A DNA stretch of 64,000 nt from Octopus vulgaris (lineage: Eukaryota), in NCBI GenBank assembly GCA_951406725.2, contig OX597819.1, positions 2,790,001 through 2,854,000 of the forward strand. The letters are read 5' to 3'. The first letter of the stretch is position 1; every line of letters begins with the position of its first letter. Below, piece after piece: positions 26,337 to 41,068 of the stretch. The notes below the pieces were generated by a model that saw only the letters and a list, made by a program, of their open reading frames with translations, did no database searches and had not been told where the DNA came from. The position numbers and the translations under genes are program-made.

Positions 26337-26692
26337 CATTAGCACAAGGAGACTTTAGGACACCTGGTGTTACAACAGCATTGTGTCTCCTCAGTGAAAG
26401 CTACCCTTGACTAATGAATCTAATAAGAGTTTGTGACTCTGGATTGTAACTTCAGTAAACAAATTAATTGTTGATGCTTGCTGATATCTGTCAGCCAATC
26501 ATTAATCATCATATGCTCATTAAACAGCACAGTTGATGGATATCAGCACACATTAGCAAGGCATTTGTTTTTTGAAGTTATAAACAAGAGCCACAAACTT
26601 TTATTAGATTCATTAGTCTGGTGCAGCTTTAGCAGAGGAGACAACAATGGTGTCAAAACACTAGGTGTCTCAAAGTCCTTTTATGCTACTGA
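26337..26692. repeat. foldback/MITE-like long imperfect inverted repeat (arms about 160 bp)
   Basis: Nested complementary blocks GACTTT..GACACCT/AGGTGTC..AAAGTC, GACTAATGAATCTAATAA/TTATTAGATTCATTAGTC and TGCTGATATC/GATATCAGCA. Confidence 0.8.
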
Positions 26693-27404
26693 ATCGGGTT
26701 TGTAATGAAAAAAGCTGTCCTCTAATGACAAAATACAATAATGATTAGTATTTGCACATTCAAATCTGCCAGAGCATATTAAAAATAAATATTTAAGTCA
26801 TCTGACTGTTCACCAAGCACATGATGGCTTATGTGCTTCTCAAACATGAAAGCAAATCTACTACTGCTGCGTTTTGAGAAAGAAGATTTTATTTTTCTAT
26901 TTCAGTTCACCCTACAGACAAAAAAGTTCAACCTAAGACCAAACATCTACTAATCATTTTATTCTGTCTTGCCATTGAATCAGAAATTTAGTTCTACTTA
27001 TAAGCTGTGTGTGACAGACAATGTGTAACGGCTCACTCCACATTAACTCATCAGGCACAGGGATGAACATCACCAGCAACAACTACAGTTATTAATTGTG
27101 CATTAACCTTGAAATAAAGTACAGACTACAAACAGTAGCAAAGCTACATATGAAGACAAAAGTAAACAGAAAAGATTTCATATCTATAGTCATAAATTTC
27201 CTTTACAAAGTTTTAATAAAAGTAAAAAACACAAAAACTTGTTAACTTCTTAGTCTATTCGCTACCCACTGAAAAAGCTAACAAAGTAGAAAACTTTCCC
27301 TGAAATTGATTCCAAGTGTTTTAAGTATAAACTATATGTCCAAAGTCCTAATACCAAAATAATTTTTAACAAATTGAGAAAGAGTAATTATTGAAGAGCA
27401 ATGA

Positions 27405-27612
27405 TTAACCCTTTAGCATTCAGATTACTCTGTCAAATCTAATGCTTATTTATTCACATTGTATTTCATAGCTTTGAGATTTCAATGATGTGTTTGCCTA
27501 GTTTTTGGAATGACACTGTAGGCTAGTGTGAAAGGCTAGATCTGGCCAGTTTGAACATAAAACAGGTAGAATATTTGGGCTGGATATGGCAGGTTTAAAT
27601 GCTAAAGGATAA
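27405..27612. mobile_element. piggyBac-like MITE (inverted second copy 27968-28188, third ~44189-44390)
   Basis: Termini TTAACCCTTTAGCATT...AATGCTAAAGG(A/G)TAA, consistent with a TTAA target and CCC ends; three related copies. Confidence 0.6.
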
Positions 27613-28344
27613 AAATTATCTTCCATTGAGTAATAAAGATGACTAAATATTTTTAATTTCAGGAAAAACATAAAGAAAAGTTCCTGGGGGAAGCAGTTTC
27701 GGACAAAAGGGTTAGTGTGAATCTCAAGATTGACCGCAACATACTGAGAGTGACAGAAGAAGATGAAAGATTTAAGTGGCAGAGGTATTTCTAAAGCCTT
27801 TGTACGGCTCAAAGGTGAACAAGTAGATAATACTAATAACAGGGAAGATCAAGTAGGTAACTTCTTTTTGCATATATGAATAATAACAAATGAAATTATA
27901 TAATTAGAGCAACTTCTAATCAAATTTTCATTTTTCTAAAATCAAAAGACAAAAAAAATATACAAGTTTAACTCTTTAAACCAGCGATATCCAGCCCAAA
28001 CATTCTACTTCTTTTATGATCAAACCAGCTAGATTTGACCTCTCACATCTAGCCTACAATGTCATTCTACAAATAAACAATCTCAAAATTGAAATCTGAA
28101 AACTGTGCAATAATAACAAGATTAATTTAAAACAATATGAATACAAAGCATTACATTTGACAGAATAATATGAAAACTAAAGGGTTCAATCGTCCTAAAA
28201 CTGAAAGCAACAATCAGGTTTGTTTGTGAAAATATTGCTTGAAAAAATTTCTTTTTTAAATTGTGAACAAAGATCTAAAAGCCATGAAGAACCACTCCTT
28301 GCACAAAAAGAAAAAAAAAATGGGTAAAACATGAAGATGCTTCT

Positions 28345-28760
28345 CACCTGGCTAACCTCACTAGTGCCTGATGGGGCTGGGGTCCTGCTAAGTTAGTGGT
28401 CCCAGAGACATTATCATGCATCAAGCTGACCAGGTCTACAAGTGCTCTCCATTGCTAGTGATCCTGTGCCAACCCCTGTGCATCCTCCAAGGTGACGTCA
28501 AGCCTCTGGAGATCTTCTCCAATTATGTCCAGCCAGCTGGTGTGGGGCCTGGCATGAAGCCCCTTCCAGCCTGCTGCTGTTGTGTCAAATGAGAGTAAAG
28601 CCCTGGTAGGATGGTCTAGCAGGAGATAGAGGACATATCTGTACCAGCACATACAACTGATGGCTATGTGGTGGGAGGCTGTGGGCTGATGCATGTAAAC
28701 ATGCAGTTCTTTGTTGAAAATGTCATGTACACCCTATGGAGGCCCCTTTGATGGCACTGT
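28345..28760 (-). mobile_element. decayed 3' end of a second RTE-like LINE family
   Basis: Minus-strand GWKGLHARPHTSWLDIIGEDLQRLDVTLEDAQGLAQDH resembles the RTE C-terminal GRP..W.D....DL.....AQDR motif. Confidence 0.65.
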
Positions 28761-30838
28761 TGTATCTCTCAGAAGACAAAGCTCTGCATCTACAACACAT
28801 CAGCCATCTCCATTCTCCTTATGGAGCAGAAATGTAGTCCCTCTCACAGACCTTGGCAAGAAGGATTGATGGCTTCAATAGTAGAGCCCTGAGAACCATC
28901 TAGAACATCAGATGGTACCATCATGTTTCCAACAAAGAATTGTGTAAAATATGAGAAGTTTTTTCTGCTGCACACTGTACGGTTGGATTCATCAATATTT
29001 AAATGGAATCACAGAGATGTACTTGCATAGCAGGTGTCTTGATCTGAGACTGTGTGCTGAAACTAAAATGATTGCAGCATGAAAGACACAAGTAGATGTT
29101 CAGAAACACACACAGTGTTGATTTCACTTGAACATTTATTTGTAATATAGTGTCAAAATTTTAATTACTTGAAACTGTGATCTGTGGAATCATGGTTCAG
29201 AATTGTGGAATCATGGTTCAGAATTGAACATGAGTACTCATACAGGTACTTGATACTCAATGCATTAAAAAAAAGTTTATAATTCAACTGGAAAATGTTT
29301 ACATAATTTCTTTTTGTAAATTCCTTGATAGTTCCACTTTTCTTACTCTTTATAGTTGCTTCATTCATTGGTCTAGAACTGCAAAAGCATGTTTGAGCTT
29401 CTCAACATGTTGTGTGGTCTTTATAAACAAAGCAAAAAAAAAAAGGCTTATTAATTATGTTTGGGCAATTTGTGGTTTGATAAACTAAGTGATTACTACT
29501 TCACTTAGAAACAGGTGAGTGGGTGGCACCAGAAAGGGTATCTCTTCTAGTGTTAACTCTGTTATCATGGTTTTCCATGTTGCTAGCTAAACTGACAAAT
29601 ACTAAAAGATCTAACGTAATGGTTGTGTGCATTAATTTGAACCAACAACAATCAATCTTAGATAAAATATCATAAAAACAATAATAAATAACTCAATAAG
29701 AGTCTGAATGTGGCTTGTTATATTTTTTCAATATATATATAATTGGCACAGGAGTGGCTGTGTGGTAAGAAGCTTACTTTCCAACCAAGTAGTCTTGGTA
29801 TCAGTTCCACTGTGTGGCACCTTGGGCAAGTCTCTTCCATTATAGCCTCAGGCCATCCAAAACCTTGTGAGTGGATTTGTTAGATGGAAATTGAAAGAAG
29901 CTTGTTATATACATCTGTGTGTGTGTGTGTGTGTGTGTGCACATGCATGTTTGTGTTTGTAATCCCATCACTGCTTGACCAGTGGTGTTAGTTTGTTTAT
30001 GTCCCCATAGTGGTTTGGCAAAAATAGACTGATAGAATGCGCTGCTGTTGGAATATTTATGAGGGACAAGAGCTTTTTTTGCCATTCCCTGTCCTGGCAT
30101 TGTCAATCATTGAAAAAACCAAATCATGTGATCTGATGGTCCCAGCGCTGGAGGGAGCAGGGATTTATCTCTCCACAACTGATATAAACAAGCATGCATT
30201 TTGCACCAAAAAGCCAATATGAGGGTCTCTCACGGTAACTACCACAGTGAAATTTGTTCTAGTAGAACATCTACATTTAAGTAGGGCTAAACATTACCCT
30301 GTACATAAATGTTACAATGTAAACTGAGAAAGTCAGAGAGTTTTTTTCTTCTCATTAAAATATCGGTTGGAATTATTCTATCTTCAGAATCTTTCTATCA
30401 TTGTAATACTAGATTATCAACAAAAAGAAAAATGGTTTCAAAACAATTACAAATCTACCAAAAGATATTTCTAAAGAAAGTTTAGCAAACTATAAATTGA
30501 ACTGCATGATTTTCAGGTTGACAACAATATGACTGTTTCTGGTAACTAGTAACCAATGTTATTTTTTTGTTTTTATTTCCCTCTAGGTGATATAGCAGCA
30601 AAACAAGTAAAATACCACAAACAATAATAATATAAAACAAAAACATTAATAGATACCTGATAATAGTTCTGGTGTTTCATAAACAGAATAGACTATTTCA
30701 CAAATATAGTTTACCAACTAGAGATAGTATTGCAACATAACCTCAGACTAGATTAGACTCATGTATTTCTGCACCTTTTGCAGCAACATGATAACAATGT
30801 ATTAATGTAAAAGCTAACTATTTCTATCATATACTTAC

Positions 30839-30988
30839 GTGGAAGTTTTTTAAGATTTTCATATGAATTGGGTTTCTGAGGATGCATTAATGCTTGATGA
30901 GCTAACCAGCCCCACATCACTTTATTGTATCTTTCATACCAGCTTGAAGAGCTATGTTGTAAATCATTTCCACTCCATAGGGCTATAC
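30839..30988 (-). CDS. internal exon of di-N-acetylchitobiase (CTBS)-like GH18 gene
   Basis: ttttctttag| acceptor and |gtaagt donor, 150 bp, phase 1/1. Translates (G)IALWSGNDLQHSSSSWYERYNKVMWGWLAHQALMHPQKPNSYENLKKLP, resembling the CTBS C-terminus GIGMWNANCL...MWEVL as I recall it. Confidence 0.85.
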
Positions 30989-31658
30989 CTAAAGAAAACC
31001 AAAATATTGATTAAATTCTTACTTTACTTATCAAAATGGTAAATATTTGGGTTTTTTCTCATTCTGTAACAATAACAAATAATCAATTTAACTTTTTCCT
31101 CTTACTTTTCCTCTTCAACACCAAAATAACTGATTTCAAAAAATAAAGATAAACTAAACAAATCACTGAAAACAATACAAGAAAGCCAGAGAAAACATTT
31201 AGCCAAAATATAGAAACAGAAGTTAGAAGTTCTAACTAAAAGAAAGAGAAGAATAATACAAAATATAATTAAAAGTCAAGAAATCGACAAAATATATCAA
31301 AAGAGATGGTTACACAGGAAGCAAATATGAAGAACTGTGCAAAGTGGATTCTAGTGATGAACACGAAAATCGTATTTTTTCAACAATAGAAGGCAACAAA
31401 TTAGGTTGATTTGAAGAAGATTCAAAAAGTCATGATAGCACTTGGAGTATGATAATAGGAAAGTATATTTAAGCATGATGTAATCAAGTGTGAAATACAA
31501 ATGTTGCCAAAAATAGCATCAGCATAGAATCGGCAAAGGTCTGATCAGCTAGCAGATTAAACTGCTAAAGTATTATAGCATGTATTGGAAATAAGTAGTA
31601 TTTGGAATTATCAGTAATAATCTCTAGTATGTCATAAAAATCAGAATGAAAATAATTA

Positions 31659-31701
<43 letters not shown>

Positions 31702-33770
31702 TAGTAATGAATCTCCTATTCTACAGCTCTCTCCAATCAGTTGTCCTTCTTAATATATTTATATCCAACATGTTCTCCCTTTACACCTCAGCCTCAATTC
31801 ATACTTTCAAACACCACCTTATTACCAATACATGCTGTACTGCTCTAGCAGTCTAATCTGCAGATGTTGCTATTTTCAGTAACATTTTTACTTCACACTC
31901 AATTACACAAAAATGGTTAAACACTACAAGCAATACTTTGGTATGTCTATCAATGGAACAAGTGGTGGTTCCATGATGGCAGAAAAGCAAAGGCTGTAAA
32001 ATCTGTCATTACTAGCTGGTTCTAATTTACAGCTTTAGTCTCCTGGTACAACTGAGCCAATGAGAGAACCAATATATAGTCATTCAACTAGCTAGAAATA
32101 GCAACCAAATCTCCATCAAATCACTCTCCACTACCTTAAAAGAAAGAATGACACACATTAGATACAGTAGTCCTGATTCCCCTCATCCCCAATAAAAAAT
32201 GGAATGATCATGGCTGGAGTGCCTTTAATCATAGGTTTGCTTGATTAGGATTGAACTGGAGCTAAACAACATCAACCATCATTGAAAAGAGATTAAGAAA
32301 CAAAAAATGCTTCCATTCAGTTAAGAACTAATATACACAGTACCTACTAAACTATAGCCAGTCATTTTGATGCCTTGCATAGCACATAATAATTTCCTTT
32401 TTTTTGGGTGGGGGGGATAAAAAGGATCAACAGAGCTCTGACACTATATCCAATCTAGCTATTACTTCCTTTGCCTCAAAATTCATACTCAACACTGCCA
32501 AGAAATTCCATCAATCATTCCTCTTCTGCCACAGTAGCTCCAGCCATCATAAATAACAACTGCTAATTCTTCAAATCGTGTCTAAAATGATGAAGACAAA
32601 CAGTAGTAATTTCATCCTTTATTTTGGTATCATCAAGTTTGAAGTCAAAATATTACCGCAAATAACATCTGCAGATTAAAGTACAAGAGTACTTGCTACC
32701 TGGTGATATAAATATCCTCATACAATTGAAAAGATGTATTTATCATCAGTTAATATTTGCATTACAAATGGATAATGTTTTCTCTCGACATTTACTTTCA
32801 TTAGTAGGACACTATAGATAAATATAAAGTGTTTAAAAGAAGGTCAAAGCATTGTGAGAGCTATGGAGAGTTGCTGTCATTCGTTAACAACCATTCTAAG
32901 TAATGTTATTTTAATTATCTTTCAAGTGCTTTTACAACTATTACCACAATATCTTGACAACACAAATATGGTAATGCACCCTAATCTGCTGAAACTTCAT
33001 TGAACAATACCCAACAAAAGAAAGAGCCATCATATATACCTTCTTTCTCAAAAGACAATACATAAATTTCATTAGTGATATCTCTTGAAATTATTTTCTA
33101 GAACTGTCAATAATATACAATCAGATTAGCTGAGGCTATTCTGAACTCTTTCCCTGCAGGTATTCTCACCAAATACTAATCAGGAAATTCTGTGGCAGCT
33201 GCACCATTCTGAAAAAAAAAAACTTCTTGATTTCTCTCTCTCACAATCTAAATCCAGAAAATAAATTGCAGACTGACCTTTCATGAGAACTAAAAGACAA
33301 TAGATTGGCCAGTAAAATCTTATTAATAATCTTTCCTTCTGCATTAATTATTTTCATTTATATAGAGAGAGACAGATCGCTAAACTATAATAAGGCATGA
33401 ATAACGTTAAAATCTTTTACAGAAATGTGAAATAATGAACAATAACAAAAACAAAACTACACATATATTAACAATATGTACCAACCAGCAATTATACAAA
33501 CCTGTATGATGATTGAACTCAATCTCGTACCAATTATTTTTTTTTTTTTTAATCTTTAATATCTTGTAAACATCCTTACTGGTCATTCATAAATATGATG
33601 ATAGTATATGGTGAAACTACATGTTAAGTCACTTGGTGATAGTGCCAACTAGCTTCATGATGATTCTGAACACTTTAGGGATTTTTCTTCATAATAAACT
33701 AAGAAGATAAAAGAAATTTATGAAAAAGTTCTTACAAGCAAAAACTTTGAACAAAATCCTTATTACTTAC

Positions 33771-33861
33771 CACTAACATTCATAGTTCTTATATATTCGT
33801 ATTTATGGTTTAGGCTTCTGTAGTCTTCAAACCATATCTGTTTGAATTCCCCAGGAGTTTC
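33771..33861 (-). CDS. internal exon of di-N-acetylchitobiase (CTBS)-like GH18 gene
   Basis: Pyrimidine tract and tag| acceptor, |gtaagt donor, 91 bp, phase 0/1. Translates ETPGEFKQIWFEDYRSLNHKYEYIRTMNVS(G), matching the GH18 Q(V/I)W(Y/F)(D/E)...S...K..Y motif (CTBS DPAGHFHQVWYDNPQSISLKATYI). Confidence 0.88.
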
Positions 33862-34386
33862 CTAGATAATATATGAAGAGAGACATAAGTAAAAATATCG
33901 TTGATCTTTTTATACTTTATATTAAACATTCTAGCATTAAATAGACATTAGATGTCGCTCAACACAACTTATCTACCTCAAAGATACAACTTACTACTGG
34001 ATATTTCCCCAATAATCTCAACTCTTTCAAAGTATGCTTAAATCAAATAAATGAAGAAATAACTTAAAATTCAAGTTGCATGGGCAGCAACTTAACAAAG
34101 TATCATAAAAACTCTTTAAAACCAACAAAGGCCAATATTCACAGAATTCTATTTGCATTATCATTCATGTTCTTGATGGTTTCCTCACCAGATCCAACTG
34201 GCCTTGGAATAGGAGCATATCATTTAAAACACTTACACTCAGTATTATACCAACAACAATGAAGAATTCTTGCATTTCCAAAACACATTACAATGTCTCT
34301 CAGCCTTACTGAGCATGTGTATGTATGTATGTATGTTTACACATGTGTGTGTATATATATATATGTGGATGGGGTGCATATATGCA

Positions 34387-34443
<57 letters not shown>

Positions 34444-34837
34444 GTATGTATATCCATATGTATATATATATATATATATATACAAACATATACATATTTA
34501 TCTATATATATACATATATATATGTGTATCTATATATATACATATGGGTATGTTTACATATATGTATATACATACATATATATATATTATTGCATATATA
34601 GCTATACATGTATATATGCAAATATATATACATATAAAAATACATATATACACACATATACATACATAAGCAAAGTATATTCACATGCGCAAAATACATT
34701 AATGAACACCATTAAACAATATATTACAGTGGATATACCATACGTCATATACGTATATAAATACATTAGAACATATATACACACTACTATGCTTATCAGT
34801 AACAACAGTATTATTGTAGTAACAATATTATTGTAAT

Positions 34838-34893
<56 letters not shown>

Positions 34894-34990
34894 TTGAATA
34901 TTTGTTTATTGTTTATTTTTATATATCAAGTAATACGTGCATCATGTTTAGTATATTAATATTATTATTAATATTTTTAAAGTTAATTAT

Positions 34991-35130
34991 AACCTCTGAC
35001 GAGGTCCATGGTTTTTTTCACATATAAGTATTATATTTTTTTAAATGCCTACAACCTTAGTATGTTGACATCTATAGGCAATGGAAATTAGATTCACTTT
35101 TGACCATAGGCTGAAACAGCTGTAAGAAGT
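34991..35130 (+). ncRNA. hammerhead-like motif with long helix II, in a repeat whose downstream part (35270-35500) recurs at 47396-47620
   Basis: ACCT-CTGACGA-GGTCCATGGT...ACCATAGGCT-GAAA-CAGCTG-TA-AGAAGT. Confidence 0.55.
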
Positions 35131-35516
35131 AATTTTTAGGATTTCATTAATTTATAATATGACTTTTAAAATCTGTATTTGTATTATTATCTTATCTATT
35201 GATTTATATAATATTTTTGTATGCTTTTGATGTTCTCATTTGTTAAATGAATAAATAATCCAACATTATAATATCCGTAAGTTGATGAACAAACTAAATT
35301 TGTTTCTCCATTTTCTTATTTGTATTATAAATTTACGGTAAAAATATTTCTTTACCTTCACCCGTTTAATACAATAAATGAATTAATTGCATTGTAATTA
35401 AAAACATATATGTATTAAGGATTTGGGTACTGTACCAACAGTATATTGGATAAATGATATCCCATAGTGAGTTACACCCATAACCCCTATCTTACTTTGT
35501 ACTATATATATATATA

Positions 35517-37116
35517 TGGCTTCATTTCTTGCAAGCTTACACATATCCTCAGCAGTCACGGCCCATGTTTCACTGCCATGTAGCATAGCTGTTCGTACAC
35601 ATGCGTCATACAATCTACCTTTTACTCTGAGCAAGAGGCCTTTTGTCACCAGCAGAGGTAAGAGCTCTCTGAACTTTGCCCAGGCTATTCTTACTCTAGC
35701 AGTTGTTACACTTTCACCGCACCCGCCCCTGCTGCTGACTTGGTCACCTAGGTAACGTAAGCTATCAACTATTTCTAGTTTTTCTCCCTGGAATGTGGCA
35801 GAAGTTGGTCTCAAAGCATTTTCAGTGTTTATTGCTCCTGAGCATCTGCCACATACAAAAACTATCTTCCTAGTTAGCCTTCCTTTGACATTGCAGCACC
35901 TCTTATGTGTCCATAGCTTACACTTGCTGCATCTTATAGAGTTTCTACCTACGCCTTTTCTACAGATCGAGCAGGGCCATCTACCTGAAAGCATTTGTGA
36001 TTTGTCTACCTTCCTACTTATTAGAACTTTGGTTTTAGCTAGGTTGACTCTTAGGCCCTTCGATTCTAATCCTTGCTTCCACACCTGAAACCTCTCCTCC
36101 AGTTCTGATAGTGACTCAGCAATTAGGGCAAGGTCATCAGCATAGAGGAGCTCCCAGGGGTAACCTGTCATGAATTCCTCCGTTATTGCTTGGAGGACTA
36201 TGATAAATAGGAGGGGGCTGAGGACTGAACCTTGGTGGACCCCTACCTCTACCCGGAATTCTTTCTCCAACGACGAAAGCCAGGTGCAGAGGTTTATCTT
36301 TGGCTAGGTATTTCTCCTGCAGCTGTCTCACCAGAAATATGGCATCAGTGGTGCTTTTCCCTGGCACGAATCCAAACTGCATCTCGTCCAAGTTGACTCT
36401 CTCCCAAATCAGTTGGGCTATGACCCTCTCCATAACCTTCATTACCTGATCCAACAGCTTGATACCTCTGTAATTATTTGTATCTAGGGTGTCACCTTTA
36501 CCTTTGTAGCAGTTGACTATTATGCTGCTACACCAGTCATTGGGTATGACTCCTTCGTGTATCACCTGGTTAACTATATGGGTGACTAGGCTATAGCCGA
36601 CACTGGCAGATATTTTGAGCATCTCTGCAGTAATTCCTGATGGGCCTGGGGCTTTCCCTGTCTTCATGCTTCTAATTGTCTTAACTACCAAAGAACTGTC
36701 AATTCGGATAGCTGGTCCCTCTGTTGGGTTGAGATTCAGTAGACTCTCGCCCATTCATTCTCTTCATTTAGCAACCTTTCATAGTGGCGTCACCAAGTCT
36801 CTCCTTGAAGCCTCATTAAATGCAAGTGATTCATCATCCATGTGGACACATTTCTCTCCTATGACATCATGATTTTCTCTCACACACTGTCTTGCAACAT
36901 TAAATACCTCAAGTCTTTGGTCCTCACGGCGCAGAACATTGGCAAATTTTTTCTTATCTGCTTCTCCTCAGGCTAAATAAACCTGCCTCCTAGCTTCCCG
37001 TCTGGCAGTCTGATATAATTCCCTGCTACCTCTGTTCTTCCAGTCCCTCCAAGCCTGTTTCTTTTGTCTAATAGTCCTGTCAACAACATTGTTCCACCAC
37101 CATGTTACCCTGGGTG
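35517..37116 (-). mobile_element. RTE-clade LINE internal fragment (RT domain), disrupted
   Basis: KAPGPSGI, NYRGIKLL, QFGFVPGKSTTDAIF, GVHQGSVLSPLLF, LLYADDL and a C..C insertion (WPCSICRKG..CSKCKLWTHKRC). Frameshifts and an internal deletion; both ends abut (TA)n. Confidence 0.95.
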
Positions 37117-37208
37117 ATATTACATATATATGTATATGTACATACATATATGTGTGTGTATATATATATACATATATATATATATATGTATATACATATA
37201 TGTATGTG

Positions 37209-37239
<31 letters not shown>

Positions 37240-37310
37240 GTATATACATATATGTATGTGTATATATATATACATATATATATATATATGTATATACATA
37301 TATGTATGTG

Positions 37311-37400
<90 letters not shown>

Positions 37401-37488
37401 TACATATGTATAAATATATACATATATATGTATGAATACATATATATATATATATGCATATGCATATATGTATATATATATATGCATA

Positions 37489-37532
<44 letters not shown>

Positions 37533-37538
37533 TATGCG

Positions 37539-37571
<33 letters not shown>

Positions 37572-37572
<1 letters not shown>

Positions 37573-39283
37573 CGCCACTTTACCTGTGGCCAAAGAGGCA
37601 AAAATTGAGTACATCAACATTGAAGATGATGATATCACACTAGCCATAGATGAGATTGACACAAACTCAGCTGCTGGACCTGATGGATTTCCTGCGATCC
37701 TTCTCAAATCGTGCAAACAATCCCTTACAAAACCGCTACAGCTTCTTTTTCAGAGCTTTCTTGCAAGTGGTAAGCTCCCAGTCAAATTGAAAGAGTGGGT
37801 AATATGCCCTATCCATAAGGGAGGTAGCAGAACAGATGCTAAAAATTTATAGGCCTATCTCTCTGACCTCACACATCAGCAAAGTCATGGAATGAATAGT
37901 CTGCAAGAAACTAATCATGTTCCTTGAAGAAAATGACTTGCTGTCTGACACCCAGTATGGATTTCGACCAGGTAGAAGCTGCCTAACACAGCTCCTGCAA
38001 CACTATGACTGGGTGTTAAAACAGCTACTACATGGCTAAAATGTGGATGTAATATATCTCGACTTTGCAAAAGCCTTTGATAAAGTCGACCATGGTATGA
38101 TCTGTCACAAACTGCATGGTCTCAGCATAGGCGGAAAACTTGGAGAGTGGCTGCACAACTTCCTAAAAGATACAAGGCAGGCAGTTGTGACCAATGGAGC
38201 CACCTCCAAGGAAAGACAAATAACAAGCGGTGTTCCACAGGGCACTGTCTTGGGGCCACTGTTGCTACGATGGCCACCCTTGCTAGCTATGCAGATGACA
38301 CAAAAGTCTCCCACACAATACAAAACCCTGAAAATATTGCACATCTGCAACAGGAGTTGGATACAATATACAGGTGGGCTGAGGACAACAACATGCAGTT
38401 TAATGCAGGTAAGTTCTAGGCCCTGCGCTACCGGCACACAAAGGTAAACGACGTGCAGACTGGATACACTGGCCCAGGAAGAATTGCAATCCCTGAGTCA
38501 AAATCAGTGCGTGACCTGGGCATTGACATGAGCAATGATGCATCTTTCCAAGTGCATATTGCTAATCTGGTGATAAAATGCAGACGGCTAGCTGGATGGA
38601 TTCTCCGAACTTTCAGAACAAGAGAGAAGGAGACACTGATGGTCCTATGGAAAACATTCGTCCTCAGCCGCTTGGACTACTGCTCCCAACTATGGTCACC
38701 ACACAATATAAAACTAACAGCAGAACTCGAAGCAATTCAGAGAAGCTACACAAAGAAAATCGTCTCAATGCAAAATATCAGCTACTGGGAAAGACTGAAA
38801 GTATTAAACCTCTTCTCCCTAGAGCGGAGGCGGGAGAGATATGCGGTGATATACATCTGGAAAATCCTGGAGGGTCTTGTCCCAAACTTTGGCATTCAAA
38901 GTTACCCCAACCGCAGAACGGGGTGCCACTGCATGGTGCCAAAGATTCTAACATCACCATCAAAATACAGGTCCAGATACTGCAACAGCTTGGGTTTCAG
39001 AGGACCACAGCTCTTTAACATCCTCCCTAAATGCCTGAGAGACTTACATGGTGTGGATGTGGGTTTCTTTAAAACTAAACTGGATCTCTTCTTGTCGGGA
39101 GTCCCAGATGAACCTACCTCACGACAGGAGACACAGATGCGGGTAGCGGCATCGAACTCCCTTGTTGATCAAGTGCCACGTATCAGAAGTGGATTCACAT
39201 ATTAGTGTAGCTCATTCAGCGGTGGTGCCCCAGCATGGCCGCGGCCTTCGAGCTAAAACATTTTTAAGGATTTAAGGATTTAT
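37572..39283 (+). mobile_element. CR1-group LINE, 3' half of ORF2 with tail
   Basis: [50 protein letters not shown] and SLERRR motifs; stops and frameshifts; ends in TTTAAGGA repeats. Confidence 0.93.
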
Positions 39284-39382
39284 ATGTATATGTATAACAT
39301 ATATATTTATACGTATGTATATATAATATACATATACAGATATATTATATATACATATATATATACATATATATATATATAC

Positions 39383-39589
<207 letters not shown>

Positions 39590-39831
39590 CTATAAGAGAA
39601 ATAGAGAAATAACACATACATTCGGTCATATAGTAATATAATAAATAAATATATATGCATATATACATACATATATGTACATATATACACTACACATTTA
39701 CATGTATATATACATGCATACATATATATATATGAGTAAAGGACACCACAAGTAAACATAATGCATGTATATATACATGTAGATGTAAGTATGTACATAT
39801 ATGTATGTATATATGCATATATTTTATTTAT

Positions 39832-39884
<53 letters not shown>

Positions 39885-40241
39885 TATATACATATACATA
39901 TATATATATATATATACACACATATGTATATATATATACACACATATATATATATACACATATATATATACACACATATATATATACACACATATGTGTA
40001 TATATATATATACACATATATATATACACACACATATGTATATATATATACACACATATGTATATATATATATATATACACATACATATATATATATATA
40101 CACATATATATACATATATGTATATATATACACATATATATATACATATATGTATATATATACACATATGTATATATATACACATATGTATATATATATA
40201 CACATATGTATATATATACACACATATGTATATATATACAC

Positions 40242-40272
<31 letters not shown>

Positions 40273-40324
40273 CACATATGTATATATATACACATATATA
40301 TATACATATATGTATATATATATA

Positions 40325-40438
<114 letters not shown>

Positions 40439-40626
40439 TGTATATATATACACATATATATACACACATATATATATACATATATATATATACATATATG
40501 TATATATATACACATATATATATACATATATGTATATATATACACATATATATATATATACATATATGTATATACATACACACATATATGTATACATATA
40601 TGTATATATATACACACATATATATA

Positions 40627-40850
40627 TATTTCTTTACTGCCCACAAGGGGCTAAACATAGAGGGGACAAACAAGGACAGACAAAGGGATTAAGTCAATTA
40701 CATCGACCCAGTGTGAAACTGGTACTTTATTTATTGACTCCGAGAGGATGAAAGGCAAAGTCGACCCCGGCGGAATTTGAACTCAGAAAGTAACGGCAGA
40801 CGAAATACCGCAAAGCATTTCGTCCGGCACGCTAACATTTCTGCCAGCTC
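40627..40850 (-). mobile_element. tRNA-derived SINE with Meta-domain-like centre (others ~4540-4635 -, ~21630-21840 +, ~52140-52340 +, ~63550-63765 +, ~63780-64000 +)
   Basis: GAGCTGGCAGAA..GTTAGC head, B box GAGTTCAAATTCC, and GACTTTGCCTTTCATCCT..CGGG..CAATAAA..AAGTACCAG core in many copies. Confidence 0.75.
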
Positions 40851-40973
40851 ACATATATATATATATACATACATATATATATATACATATAGGTACATAT
40901 ATATATATACATATATGTACATATATATATATATATATACATATATGTACATATATATATATATATATACATA

Positions 40974-41009
<36 letters not shown>

Positions 41010-41068
41010 TATATATATATACACGCATATTTTTTTCTCTCCTTCTTTCTGTGTTTTTTCTCTGTGTA

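Noticed and set aside
34231-34300. Candidate upstream GH18 exon (minus-strand GTAAGT donor at ~34236)
   Set aside because: The phase-0 translation ([13 protein letters not shown]) has no GH18 resemblance and there is an in-frame stop shortly upstream.
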